A stretch of 64,000 bases of DNA from an uncultured Chloroflexia bacterium (lineage in GTDB: Bacteria > Chloroflexota > Limnocylindria > QHBO01), in NCBI GenBank assembly GCA_963750025.1, contig CAVVPF010000036.1:69523-133522 (forward strand). Direction: 5' to 3'. The position numbers and the translations under genes were made by a program. The notes beneath the pieces are model-generated. The model searched no databases and was not told the origin of the DNA. It saw only the letters and a program-made list of their open reading frames with translations. Numbering within the stretch: position 1 is the first letter of the stretch; every line of letters starts with the position of its first letter. This document shows, piece by piece, positions 1 through 9,675 of this stretch.

Positions 1-41
1 GGCTTCTCGCATGCCGAGCGCTTGGATCTCCCCGCGCATGG

Positions 42-350
42 TCACAGTTCTTCCTCCGAATCCGGCTGCTGCTCCATGAGTTCGGACGGCACGGGAGCCA
101 GTACGACCGAGTCACGGCCATGCCAGGTGATGAGATGCGGGCGCTGCTGCGCTTGGCGCAACGAACGGGCGATGTGGCGCCGGAACGTTTCGATCGGCAC
201 CCGACGCAGATCCTCCTCGGGGCGGGCCTTGCGGAGCAGAGCGACCGGACGGCCATGGTGCGTCACCACAAAGGCCTCGCCCGCCACGGCGCGCTCTGCC
301 AGATCCAGGATGTCCCGTCGGAGTTCGCGGGTCGTGACGAGCGGTTGCAT
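42..350 (-). CDS. Type II antitoxin, Phd/YefM family
   Basis: 102-aa ORF. The N-terminus 'TTRELRRDILDLAERAVAGEAFVVTHHGRPVALL' matches the Phd/YefM antitoxin signature. An ATG at 39..37 (minus strand), 2 nt after its stop, opens an ORF that runs off the window, which is the expected toxin position. Confidence 0.75.
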   Translation of the reverse strand: MQPLVTTRELRRDILDLAERAVAGEAFVVTHHGRPVALLRKARPEEDLRRVPIETFRRHIARSLRQAQQRPHLITWHGRDSVVLAPVPSELMEQQPDSEEEL

Positions 351-802
351 GCCGCTAGGCTACGACCGTGGCGGCTGGAGAGCAAGACCTAATGTGTGAG
401 GAAGTGTGTGAGGAATTCCCCGCAGTTCGGGGCGAATGCCTAGTGGAGCAGCTCGCTGTAGGGCTGGTGTGCGCGGACCCACGCGCCGACCTGATCCTCC
501 GACTGGGCGCCCATGCTCCCGCGCCAGATAAGCGTCCAACCGGTCGCGCAGCTAAGCGAGCCGCTCCCCGTACGAGGCTTTCGCGTCTGCCACCCGGTCG
601 GGATCGCTGCTGATCGTCTGCATGCGAGGAGAAGGAGCTTAACGACGTCGTCGATGCGAGCCAGCAGCGCGCTGTCGGTCCCGCTCGGCGCGACCGGAGC
701 CGCCGCCGGCTGCTTGCCCGGACCGCGCGAACGAGACATCAGGCTTCCCCTGTGGTTGGCAGCGGCCACCCTCCGAGCGCGGCCTGAAGGTTCGTCACTT
801 GG

Positions 803-1923
803 TCACGCTGCTTCGGTCCAATCTTCTTGAACGATCGCTCTCGTGGACCAGCTGGCCACCTCGCGCGCAACGAACGCCCGGACACCGATCTCATCCGCTC
901 GCGTCAGGACGTCGCTTTGCCAGGCCGGGACCTTCGCCGGCCCGTCCACCTGGAACGGTGCGATCATGAACCCGAGGTCGACCTCGAGTCGCGTGGCCGC
1001 GACGAGAACGCCCAGCGCGATGTCGACCGGGGCGAGCTCGCGCGGCAGCAGCCGATCGAGTTCGAGGGCAACCTTCGTGGGCTCCGGGAGTCGCGATCGT
1101 GCCCAGTCCTCGAACCAGTAGCGCTCGTTCGGGGGCAGCCGGCGCAGTCGACCGAAGAGCACCAGCGCCGCGTGGTGTAGGGTCCAATGCGCGGGCGCCG
1201 ACTCGGCCTCTGTTATCTCGCGGGCGTGGTCGAGGGTGTCGGCGAAGTCGAAGCCGACTGCCTGAGTCGCCGGTCGACCTCGACGTCGAGGATCCCGCAG
1301 AGCGGCATGATCGTGTCGACCTCCTCGCAGCCGACAAAGCGCAGTGCGTTCGGATAGCCCTCGTCGGCGAGGACGATGTGCATCAGCTCGTGGCCGAGAT
1401 CCTCCGGATCGGGATCAGCGCACAGCCCGATGTGTACGCCGCCGTTCTCGGTCCAGGCGTGGTGACTGATGAGTGTCCCGACGTTTGGAGGCGACTCGCT
1501 TGCGGGGTGCACCTCGATCCGACGCCGGCGTCCGACCTGGCGCCAGAGCTCGCGGACACGCGGGTCTCGACGGACCCTTCGGATCTGCTCTGGACCGGCG
1601 TCGGTGCCGACCACGAGCTCCCAGCCATGCTCGCCCAGAGCGTCGCGCATTGCCGAGACATCGGCCGGGCTCGGCCCGGCGAGCGTCGCCGACGGTAGAA
1701 GCACGACACCTCCTGCTTCCTCGGTGTCGAGCGCGAGCAGGTGGCGCCAACTGCGCCGCCGGTCGAAGCGCAAATCTGCCTCGGCATGGTGGATGAGGTA
1801 AACCCCGAGCAGCCGCCCTCGCGAGTCGTGACCGGCAGCAACGAGCGATCCGTGGCGGCCGAGACGGCGCATCCCAAGATCGGCCGTCCGACGGTGGTCG
1901 ACGCGTTCGAGGAGTCGGCGCAT
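803..1923 (-). CDS. Hypothetical protein with HExxH motif (possible zinc metallopeptidase), interrupted by an apparent frameshift near 1261-1266
   Basis: ATG at 1923. Contains 'EDLGHELMHIVLADEGYP' (HExxH). The frame of ORF 1213..2037 ends in low-complexity 'STSPTPSTTPAR'. The frame of ORF 803..1162 stays open and protein-like upstream of its listed start ('QAVGFDFADTLDHAREITEAESAPAHWTLHHAALVLFGRL'). The two frames join at 'VEVDRRL|QAVGF'. Confidence 0.5.
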
Positions 1924-1955
1924 CGACCAGATCGGAAACGGGTGATGGCGCCCGC

Positions 1956-2420
1956 TCACGCTCGTGCCTCGTCTTCGCCGTCGGCCTCGATCGCCGCCAG
2001 CTCGGCCTCGACCCGCGTCGGAATGACTCTGAGCCACGGCGCCATCAGTTCGCGCCGCCGCGCGTCTGAGATCTCATATCGGAGGAAGAACGCGTAGAGG
2101 TGATTGGCGATCGTCAGCAGTGCGCCGTCGCGCTCGGAGCGGGTGAGCTCGGCCTCGCCCGGCGCGCCGAGCACGATGACGGCCGAGCCCGCGACCGCCT
2201 CCTCGGCAGCGTACTGCTCCTCTCGATCCATGTCGTAGGCGATGGCCATGAGCTCCGCCATCGGAACGAGGTCGACGCCAGCCCCCGCAGTCGCGTAGCG
2301 CCGGAGCGTCTCTGAATCGCCCATATCGGCGAGCAGCTGGGCGACCTGCGAGACATACAGGTTGAGGTAGGCCACGCCACCCTGACCACCAGTCTCAGGA
2401 GTCATCTCACCTTCGTTCAT
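1956..2420 (-). CDS. Hypothetical protein (154 aa)
   Basis: ATG at 2420 overlaps the TGA of the upstream nuclease gene (ATGA). The translation 'MNEGEMTPETGGQGGVAYLNLYVSQVAQLLADMGDSETLRRY...' has a balanced, protein-like composition. No family recognised. Confidence 0.6.
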   Translation of the reverse strand: MNEGEMTPETGGQGGVAYLNLYVSQVAQLLADMGDSETLRRYATAGAGVDLVPMAELMAIAYDMDREEQYAAEEAVAGSAVIVLGAPGEAELTRSERDGALLTIANHLYAFFLRYEISDARRRELMAPWLRVIPTRVEAELAAIEADGEDEARA

Positions 2421-4244
2421 CGATACGCGCGGAGCCAGCCGACGACCTCGGCCATCACGCGGCAGTCGACTTCGTTGTAGGCGCCGATCTCGCGCATCAG
2501 CTCGAGCTCGGTCATCGGCACCCCGGTCCGGCGCGCCTCGCCGTCGCACCACCAGGCACCGACCATCGCGCCGAGACCGTCGGTCGGCCCGTCGCCCCAG
2601 GTCGTCTCGATCAGCCCGGCGGCTCGCATCGCCTTGGCGATCGACTTGAGGCCGAAGTTGAAGGCGCCCGTGACGCTGACCGGCTCCGCCCGGACAACTC
2701 GCGACAGAAAGTCGAACCATGGCAGCTCGATCGGCCAGGCGGCCTCGGCGTGGCGGGTCCGAGCGGCGTTGTAGGCGGTCTCGAGGTTGACGGGCTCGGC
2801 CGGCGACCAGTGGATGATCCGGGCATCGGCGAGCGTCGCGCCGGCATCGGCGACGACCGTGCCCATCGTCGCGAGCCAAGCCTCGATGATCCGACCCTCG
2901 AACGCGGGATCCAGCCGCTCGGCGGTCCACTGGGCGAACTGCCAGGCGCCGTTGCCGAACCAGCCACAGCCAATCTGGAAGATCGAGCGCCTGGCCGCCC
3001 ATCGCCGGCAAGCGGGTGAAGTCGTCGCCGAGGTTGTTGACCGTCTCGAAGTCGACGAAGAACTCGACTCGCGCGGCCGTCCGCCAGGCGGGATCGGCAC
3101 GACCAACCCGGCCGGGGAGAACGGTTCGTACGAGCGACTGATTCGCGGCGAGGACGGCGTTGCAGAGGGCAACGCCGTCCTGGGTCGTGATGCCCAGCTG
3201 GGCCGCCGACAGGCCGGGTTCGTCCCAGCGCTGGATCCCGGCGGCGTGGGCAAGTGCTCGCCGGTCGGAGTTCATCCGGGGAAGGACCGTGAGCTCGCCG
3301 AGCGCGCTGCCGATCTCGGCCTTCGCCGCGTGCCACGGCGCGTCCTCGGTGTTCCGCAGGTGGGGATAGAGCTCGGGCACGGACGGGCGGGGCACGACGT
3401 CCCAACCGGCGCCCCCGGCCCGCAGCCGGCGGATCCAGTCAACGCCCCGGAGGGCGAGTTCCTCGAGGCTCAGGTCGCGGCTGTCGAGCCAGCGATCCTC
3501 GTCGACCCGTGCGAGCCGCTCGAGGCAGCCGCCGCCGCGCTCGTCCCCGCCGCGCGCGGTCCAGTTCCGGCCGAGGAGATAGGCCGACTTCGGGCGGTAG
3601 CCCTGAAGCCGCCCGAGCATCCGGTTGTAGAGCCAGACCTGGACGAGATACGGCAGCGAATCGCCCTCGCCCGCCGAGCCGTCGGCCCGGACCTCGAACG
3701 TGTGGAACTTGATGTCGACTACCCGGTAGTGATGGTGGGCGGCCCCGATCAGCGGCGCGCCCATTGCGACGTCGTCGTCGGGGATCGCGTCGGGAAAGAG
3801 CCGGGCGAGGACGTCAGAACGAACGAGTAGGTCGGCCACCCCGTAGGTCCGGCTCGGCTCGTCGCGCAGGACGGCGCCGGCGATGATCGGGACCCCGGCG
3901 CGCATCGCCGCCAGCGTCGCGTCGAGGCGCTCACGGGAGCGCGAATGCGCGGGCTCGGTGGCGATCCGGACGATCTGGTCGTGCGTCTCAAACAGGGCGA
4001 CGACGGCCGCTTCGAAGCGCTCGCCCTGGGCCCGGACGAAGGCGCCGAAGTCGGTCCGCGGGTCGAATCCGTCGCGCTCGTCGTCGGGCACGAAGCCTCG
4101 CTCCCGACCGTGGCGACCGAGCCAGTCGAGGAGCGGGTCGCCGAGGGCGAAGGCCCGCGTTCGGGTCGGGCTGATCCAGGTGTCCCAGTCGGCGCTGGTC
4201 GTCGGCTCGTGAACGGTCGGTCCGGCGCCGGCCGCGCTCGGCAT
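2417..4244 (-). CDS. RecB-like nuclease, TM0106 type: PD-(D/E)xK nuclease plus RNase H-fold 3'-5' exonuclease module. It is in frame with jetD and carries a frameshift near 2986-2990.
   Basis: PD-(D/E)xK-like 'GVADLLVR...HHHYRVVDIKFHT'. Exonuclease motifs 'VEFFVDFET', 'SIFQIGCGW', 'IIHWSPAEP' and 'YNEVDCRVM'. The N-terminal part lies in the frame of ORF 1956..5570 and the C-terminal part in ORF 2417..3253. An internal ATG at 4244 is possible, but there is no stop between it and jetD. Confidence 0.7.
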
Positions 4245-4304
4245 GCTCGCCGCTCGCTCGCCGGCGACGAGGATCGGATCGATCGCCAGGCGCGACGCGG
4301 TCGA

Positions 4305-5570
4305 GAGGTCGTCGATCAGCGCCTCGATCGTCTGCTCCTCGAAGACCGCGAGCCCGCGCTCGGCCATCGCCGCGGCGAGAGCGGGGTCCCACGGCGAGGC
4401 TGCACGGTCACCGACGAGCGGCCGCAGCACCGCGCCGGATCGGCCAACGGCTGCCCGATAGTCGCTGGCCCGGAAGCGCCACGGCCGGGCGCCGACACGC
4501 TCGATCACGAGGCGCGCGATGCGGAGCCCCGGCCAGTCGAAGTCACCGTGATAACGAAGGGTGACACCCTGCTCGCGGAGAGTGCGCAGGAGAAGACGGG
4601 CAGCGGTCGACGGCTGGCCTTCGGTCGCGATCAGGGGAACGCGAAGGTCCGGAACGGCCTCGACCGCAGCGCGCACGACAGACGGGTTCTCGCAGACGTA
4701 GACCGTCCGGGCCTCGCTTCGGAGCGCGCCCACGTCGACGAGCCCGGTGATCGTCCGGAGCGTAAGGCGCGCGGGCTGGCCGGACTCCGCGAAACCGCTG
4801 ATCGCTCGGGCGAGCGGATCGGCGGAGGACAGCCGCAGACCGGCGACGAGCACGACCGAGGCGAGATCGTCAACGGCGACGCCGGCCGCCGACCACAGCT
4901 CGCGTCGACTCTCCGCGTCGGTCGCAAACGGCAGCCCGGTCCGGGCGGCGACCGCCTTAAGTACGAGGGTCGCGAGCGGCATGCCGTCGTCGAGCGCGTG
5001 GGCGTCGCCGGTCACCGCCGTCGCGAGCCGCTCGAGCGAGCGCGGCTCGTCAAGCCTCCGAAGAACGTCGAGGGCGGTTTGCAGGAGCTTCTCCTCACGC
5101 CCGGACGGACCGCCGAGCCGGCGGACGAGGCCGGTCCGGCGCAGCTCGCCCAGCCATATCGCAAGGGCGGGATCGGCCGCGACGAGAGGATCGCCGAAGG
5201 CCTCCGACCAGAGCGCGTCGCGAGCCTCGGTCGCAGCCGTCCGCTCCGCCCGCCGAAGGGCGATCGGCCCACCGAGCGCCTCGACCGCGTCGCGGATCCC
5301 ACAGCCGAGCCGACTCGCCCGGAGGGCGGCGTCGAGCCGAGCGATGGCCAGACGACCTCCTTCCTGGGGAGTCCGCTTGGCCGAGATGAGCCCGGCGAGG
5401 CCCACGAGCTCGTCGGCATCGAGCCCGGCGAGGCTGATCGAGCCGGTCGGCTCGCCGTCGGTCCGCTCGAGTGCGCCCCGGGCGCGTTCGAAGATGCGCG
5501 CGTGGCGCGATCCGCCCAGCAACGAGCGGATTGCCTCGGGATCAGGAGCGGGACCGAGCGGGAGGGCCAC
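4305..5570 (-). CDS. jetD: Wadjet JetD (TIGR02679/DUF2399, Toprim nuclease) module
   Basis: GTG at 5570, 3 nt after the jetC stop. Contains 'RTVYVCENPSVVRAA', 'PLIATEGQPSTAARLLL', 'LRYHGDFDWPGLRIA' (Toprim E and DxD) and a C-terminal 'FEEQTIEALIDDL'. No stop codon follows in this frame, and the ORF runs on to 1956. Confidence 0.85.
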
Positions 5571-5573
5571 CGA

Positions 5574-8500
5574 CTAGGACGCCCCCGCGGCGGCGAGCTC
5601 GGACGCGTGGAGGAACTCCGATCCTGTCCAGATGAAGTGCTCGGCGTGGACGGCCTGGAGCTCGGCCCGATGGACGAGGTGATAGACAGCCGTCCCCGAC
5701 AGCTCCGCATACATTCCCCACTCCCCGAAGGCGGTCGCGAAGAAGCTGAAGTCGAACTGGTCAAGAAGGCCATAGAGACGGCCCCGTACGACGTCGTCGA
5801 TGCCGGCGAACGCCTCGTCGAGGAGGAGCAGCCGCGGCGCGAACAGGGCGGCCGACCTGTAGTGGGCGGCGAGCGCGGCGAGGAGCGGCAGGTGGAGCTT
5901 GACCGACTTCTCGCCGCCCGATCCGGTCCCGTGACTCTTCTTGGTCAGGAAGCGATGGTGACCGGCCGCGTCGACCTCCTCGATCTCGAACCGGTGCCAG
6001 TGGCGGTAGTCGATCGCCCGCGCGAGGCGCTCTGCCCAGGTGCCGTCGCTGTCCTTCTCCCGAGCGATCTCCACCTGAGATCGGAAGAACTCGATGATCG
6101 ACTCCCAGTGGCCCTCGTCGAGCAGGGTCGGGTCACGTCGAAGCAGCCCGACCGCCTCGCCGACGCCGGCCGCGGACAGCGGGTCGACCGCCCAATGGAG
6201 GCGGACTCGATCGCCATCGGGTAGCTTCACCTGGGCGAGGACGTCGTTCATGGCATCGACGAGATCGTGTGCCTCGCGGATCCGCTCACCGAGGTGGCGC
6301 CCGACCTGGCCGAGCAGGAAGTCCTCGAAGACCTCGCGTTCGCGCTTGCTCAGATCGGCCGTCATCTGGTCGACGTCGTGATCGAGCCCGGCGCGAAGGC
6401 TGACGATCGTCTGGGGCTGGCCGGCGCGATGGACGACCGGCACGAACATTCCGTCGTCGATCTGCTGCTCGAGCCGGTAGTCGTCGCCGAGCTGGCTCTG
6501 GAGCGTTCGGTAGCGGGTGTAGACCTCGTTCGTCGCCGCGTTGAGCTCGGTCCGATCGACGTTTCGACTGCCGGTCGCGCGGAAGACCGCCCGGGCGACG
6601 TCGACGGTCTGGGTGACCGACCAGTCGCTGGTCGGTCCGTCGGGCGGAGCGTCGATGACGAGACCGAGGAGATCGGGCACGGCCGCGAGCGTCCGGAACC
6701 GCTCGGCGGCCCCGTTGCGCTCCTGCTCGCGCTCGCCCTGCAGCCCGCGCTCGCCCTCGAGCCTGGTCTCGGCTCCGGCCACCGCCCGGAGCGCGTCCTC
6801 CTTGTCGCGCTGGGCAGACGCGTCATCGTCCTTGAGCTTGTCGTGCCTGCCCCGTGCCGCTTCGAGCTCAGTCAGGATCTGCGCGACCGACGCGCCGACC
6901 GTCCGCTTGAGGGTGTCGTAGGTCGACTGGCGTGTCTCAGCCTGCAGGCCAGCCTCGCCCGCCTCCCTCGCGGCGCTTTCGAGCGCCTTCTGTGCCGCGG
7001 TCACGGCGCTCTCGGCCTCGGCCAGGTCGGTGGTGTCCTGGGTGAGGAGCACGAGAAGTGAAGCCAGCTCTCCGAGCGAGCCGCGATACGTCGTGAGGCC
7101 GTCGTGCAGCTCGTCGAGCCGCTCGAGCTGATCGGCCAGCCCCGACGTTGCAGCCATCGCCCGGAGCTCGTCCCGCGCCAGGCCGAGCGCCGCGCCGGCT
7201 GTGGCGTGCCGGGTCGCGGCCTCGAGCCCCGTCGCGAGCTCGAAGACGCTTCTGTGCCGACCGCTCGGCCGCGCGTGCGTCGACGAGCGCTTGATCGTCT
7301 GGTGCCGCCGTCCGCTCCCGGGCCAGACGCTCCTCGCGCCTGACGACCTGCTGGAGCTTGGCGTCGACACTCGCGATCGAGTCATCGATCTCGCTGATCC
7401 GTGCCTCGAGCCTCGCGATCGCTCGCTCGCGGGTCAGCTCTCGGGCGCCGGCCCCGATGAACTCGGCGTCGGTCTTCTCGAACCGGCCGACGAGTGGCCC
7501 GATCCGGTAGCTCCCGTCGAGCCCGACGGCGACCGATGCGGGCCGATCGCTCCCGAGCGCGATCGCATCGAGCGCGCGGGCGACGAGTTCGGTCGGGACC
7601 GCGAGACCATCGACCGGCCGGAGCGCCGACCGCAGCGTCGCGCCGGTCCCGGCCCGCGGGCTCGCCGGATCGAAGGCGGCATCGAGGACGTCGGGTCCGA
7701 GCAGGCTCCCGTCGGGCATCATCCAGGCATCGAGGATGCCTCCCGCTTCGAGGGCGGCCTCGAGGCCAGCCTGGTCGCTCGCCGTCAGGCCCGGGACGAA
7801 GTCAACGAGGGCGTAGAACGGCGCCCCGTCGCGCCCGGCCCGCGAGGCAGGCCGGGTCGGGGATGATTCGGGTCCGATCGACGCCGAGGCGTGGACCGCC
7901 TCGAGTTCCGCCTCGACCTGGTCGCGCTGGCCGACGAGGCCACTGCGCTCGAGTTCGGCTCGCGCTCGGGCCGCAGCGAGACCGACCTTGGCCGGTTCGG
8001 CGACCGCCTCGAGCCGTGGCCGAAGGGCCTCGCCGGCCGTCAGCTGCTCGTCGAGATCATCGAGAGCACCCGGTTCGACGACGATCTCTCGAAGGCTCTC
8101 GGCCCACGTGGTCACCCGTTCGGCGAGCGCGCGGAGCACAGCGCCTGTTCCGGCCTCGGCGGTCATCGCCTCATCGGCGGCAGCCTCGCGTTCCGAGCTC
8201 GCGCGGCGAGCGGCATCGGCGGCGAGTGTCTCGGCCCGCTCGAGCGGCTCGATCTCTCGCCGTCGCCGGCGAAGGTCATCGACGACGACCGCGCGCGCCT
8301 GCTCGAGCTGCGTCGCTTCGGTCAGCGCGAGCTGGGCGACCTCGGGATCGTCATCGGCGAGCAGGCCGTCCAGCCCGCGATGCTCATCCGCGAGGCTCGC
8401 CATCTGGGCCGCGGTCGCCGCCGTTCGGAGCTTCGCGCCGAGCTCCTGGCGGTTGCGATCCCGTCGCTTGACAAGCCTGTCGTGCCGCTCGGTCTGGGCC

Positions 8501-9675
8501 CGGTGGGCGGTCGTCGCGGCCGTCTCGCGGCTGGCCGCGCTCACGGCGAGTCGGCGCGCCTCATCGGCCGCCTGACCGGCCTGCTCGAGCGCCTGTGCGT
8601 TCCGGAACGCCTCCGAGCGCTCGAGTGCGCCGATCTCGCCGGTGATCCGGGCGGTCTCGTCGGCGATCTGGCGACGCCGGTCCTTCGCAGCGGTCTCGGT
8701 GATCGTCGCCGCCTCGAGGGACTGCGCGGCTGCCGTGACCTTCTCGCGTCCGGCGTCATACGCGGAGTGGGCGGTCCGGAGCTCGGCGCCGCGGAGTGCC
8801 AGCTGGCCCGTCGCGTAGTCCCGATAGACGCCGAGGAACTCGCCGACGGCCCGCGCGGCGGCCTTCGTCTCGTCGAGCACCTCCTCGCGCTGGCGGAGCC
8901 CCTCGAGCGAGTCGGCCTGCTCGGCGACGATGACGGAGTCGAGGGGCGGGAGCGCGGTGTCCAGGAACTCGCGCAGCGCCTCGGGTTCGAGCCGTTGGCT
9001 GAGCTGCGGGCGGCGCACCGCGAGGAGAAGGGTGATCAGCGCCTCGTAACGCTCGGGCCCGAGACCGAACAGGCGCTCGTCGACAACGTTCCGGTAGCGT
9101 TCTCGTCGGCCGCCGATCCGGGTGTCGAAGATCTCGCCCCGCTGACCGATCCGCTCGGCCAGTCCGTCGGCGCTCAGTGCGTGGCGACCGCCGGCCTCGT
9201 CGCTCTCCCACAGCTCGAGCTCCTCGCCGATCCGCTGGTCAGTGATGAAGTAGTGGATGAGCTCTGACTTCGCGCCGCGGGTCGCCCGCAGCCGCGCACC
9301 GATCGTCACGCAGACCGGCTCGCCACCGTCGTCAAGACGGCCGAACTCGAGCCACAGCCAGCTGTTCCGCTGCTCCTGCTCGGGTTCAGCCTCGGTCCCG
9401 CCCAGAAGGTTCCAGCGCATCCGCCGGTCGCCATGACCGAACGGATCGAGGCGGCGGGCATCGGTCGAGGCATCGAGGAGGAACGGCAGCAGGAGTTCGA
9501 GCGCCTTCGTCTTGCCCGACTCGTTCGCACCGCGAAGGATGAGGTTGCCCCGGTAGAACTCGAAGACCTGGTCGTCGTAGTGCCAGATGTCGCCGAGCCC
9601 GGCGCGGAGCGGGCGCCAGCGCGCGTCGATCGCCTGGGGCAGCATCGACGCGCACGGCAGGGCGGTGACGGTCAT
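5574..9675 (-). CDS. jetC: Wadjet JetC (TIGR02680 SMC-like ATPase), with an apparent frameshift at about 7247-7253
   Basis: ATG at 9675 overlaps the jetB stop (ATGA). N-terminus 'RWRPLRAGLGDIWHYDDQVFEFYRGNLILRGANESGKTKALELLLPFLLD' (Walker A). Long coiled-coil middle region. C-terminus 'GSGGEKSVKLHLPLL...LLLLDEAFAGID' (signature motif and Walker B). The two halves lie in different frames (ORFs 6937..10125 and 5574..7385). Confidence 0.85.

Noticed and set aside
440-769. 109-aa minus-strand ORF between the antitoxin and the HExxH gene
   Set aside because: Only the first ~50 codons ('MSRSRGPGKQPAAAPVAPSGTDSALLARIDDVVKLLLL') look protein-like. A plausible continuation ('MQTISSDPDRVADAKASYGERLA*') is in another frame. 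A small frameshifted gene may lie at ~555-739, but the evidence is too weak to annotate.
1956-5570. The listed 1204-aa ORF taken as one protein
   Set aside because: Between about 2990 and 2420 this frame translates to Arg/Asp/Gly-rich nonsense ('RRAAGSRVRGSDHRGLARDDGHGRRRCRR...'). The conserved exonuclease motifs continue in the frame of ORF 2417..3253, and a separate gene starts at ATG 2420. Only the 5570-2990 part is credible in this frame.
3945-6224. 759-aa plus-strand ORF, plus similar long antisense ORFs (7891-9267 +, 9891-11033 +, 13867-14964 -, 24772-25773 -, 27086-27892 -, 28504-29469 +, 30895-31911 -, 51803-53149 -, 54168-54995 -, 58031-59149 -)
   Set aside because: These are shadow ORFs typical of high-G+C DNA. 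Their translations are dominated by R/G/A/P/D with no recognisable motifs, and each lies opposite a gene with strong family signatures.
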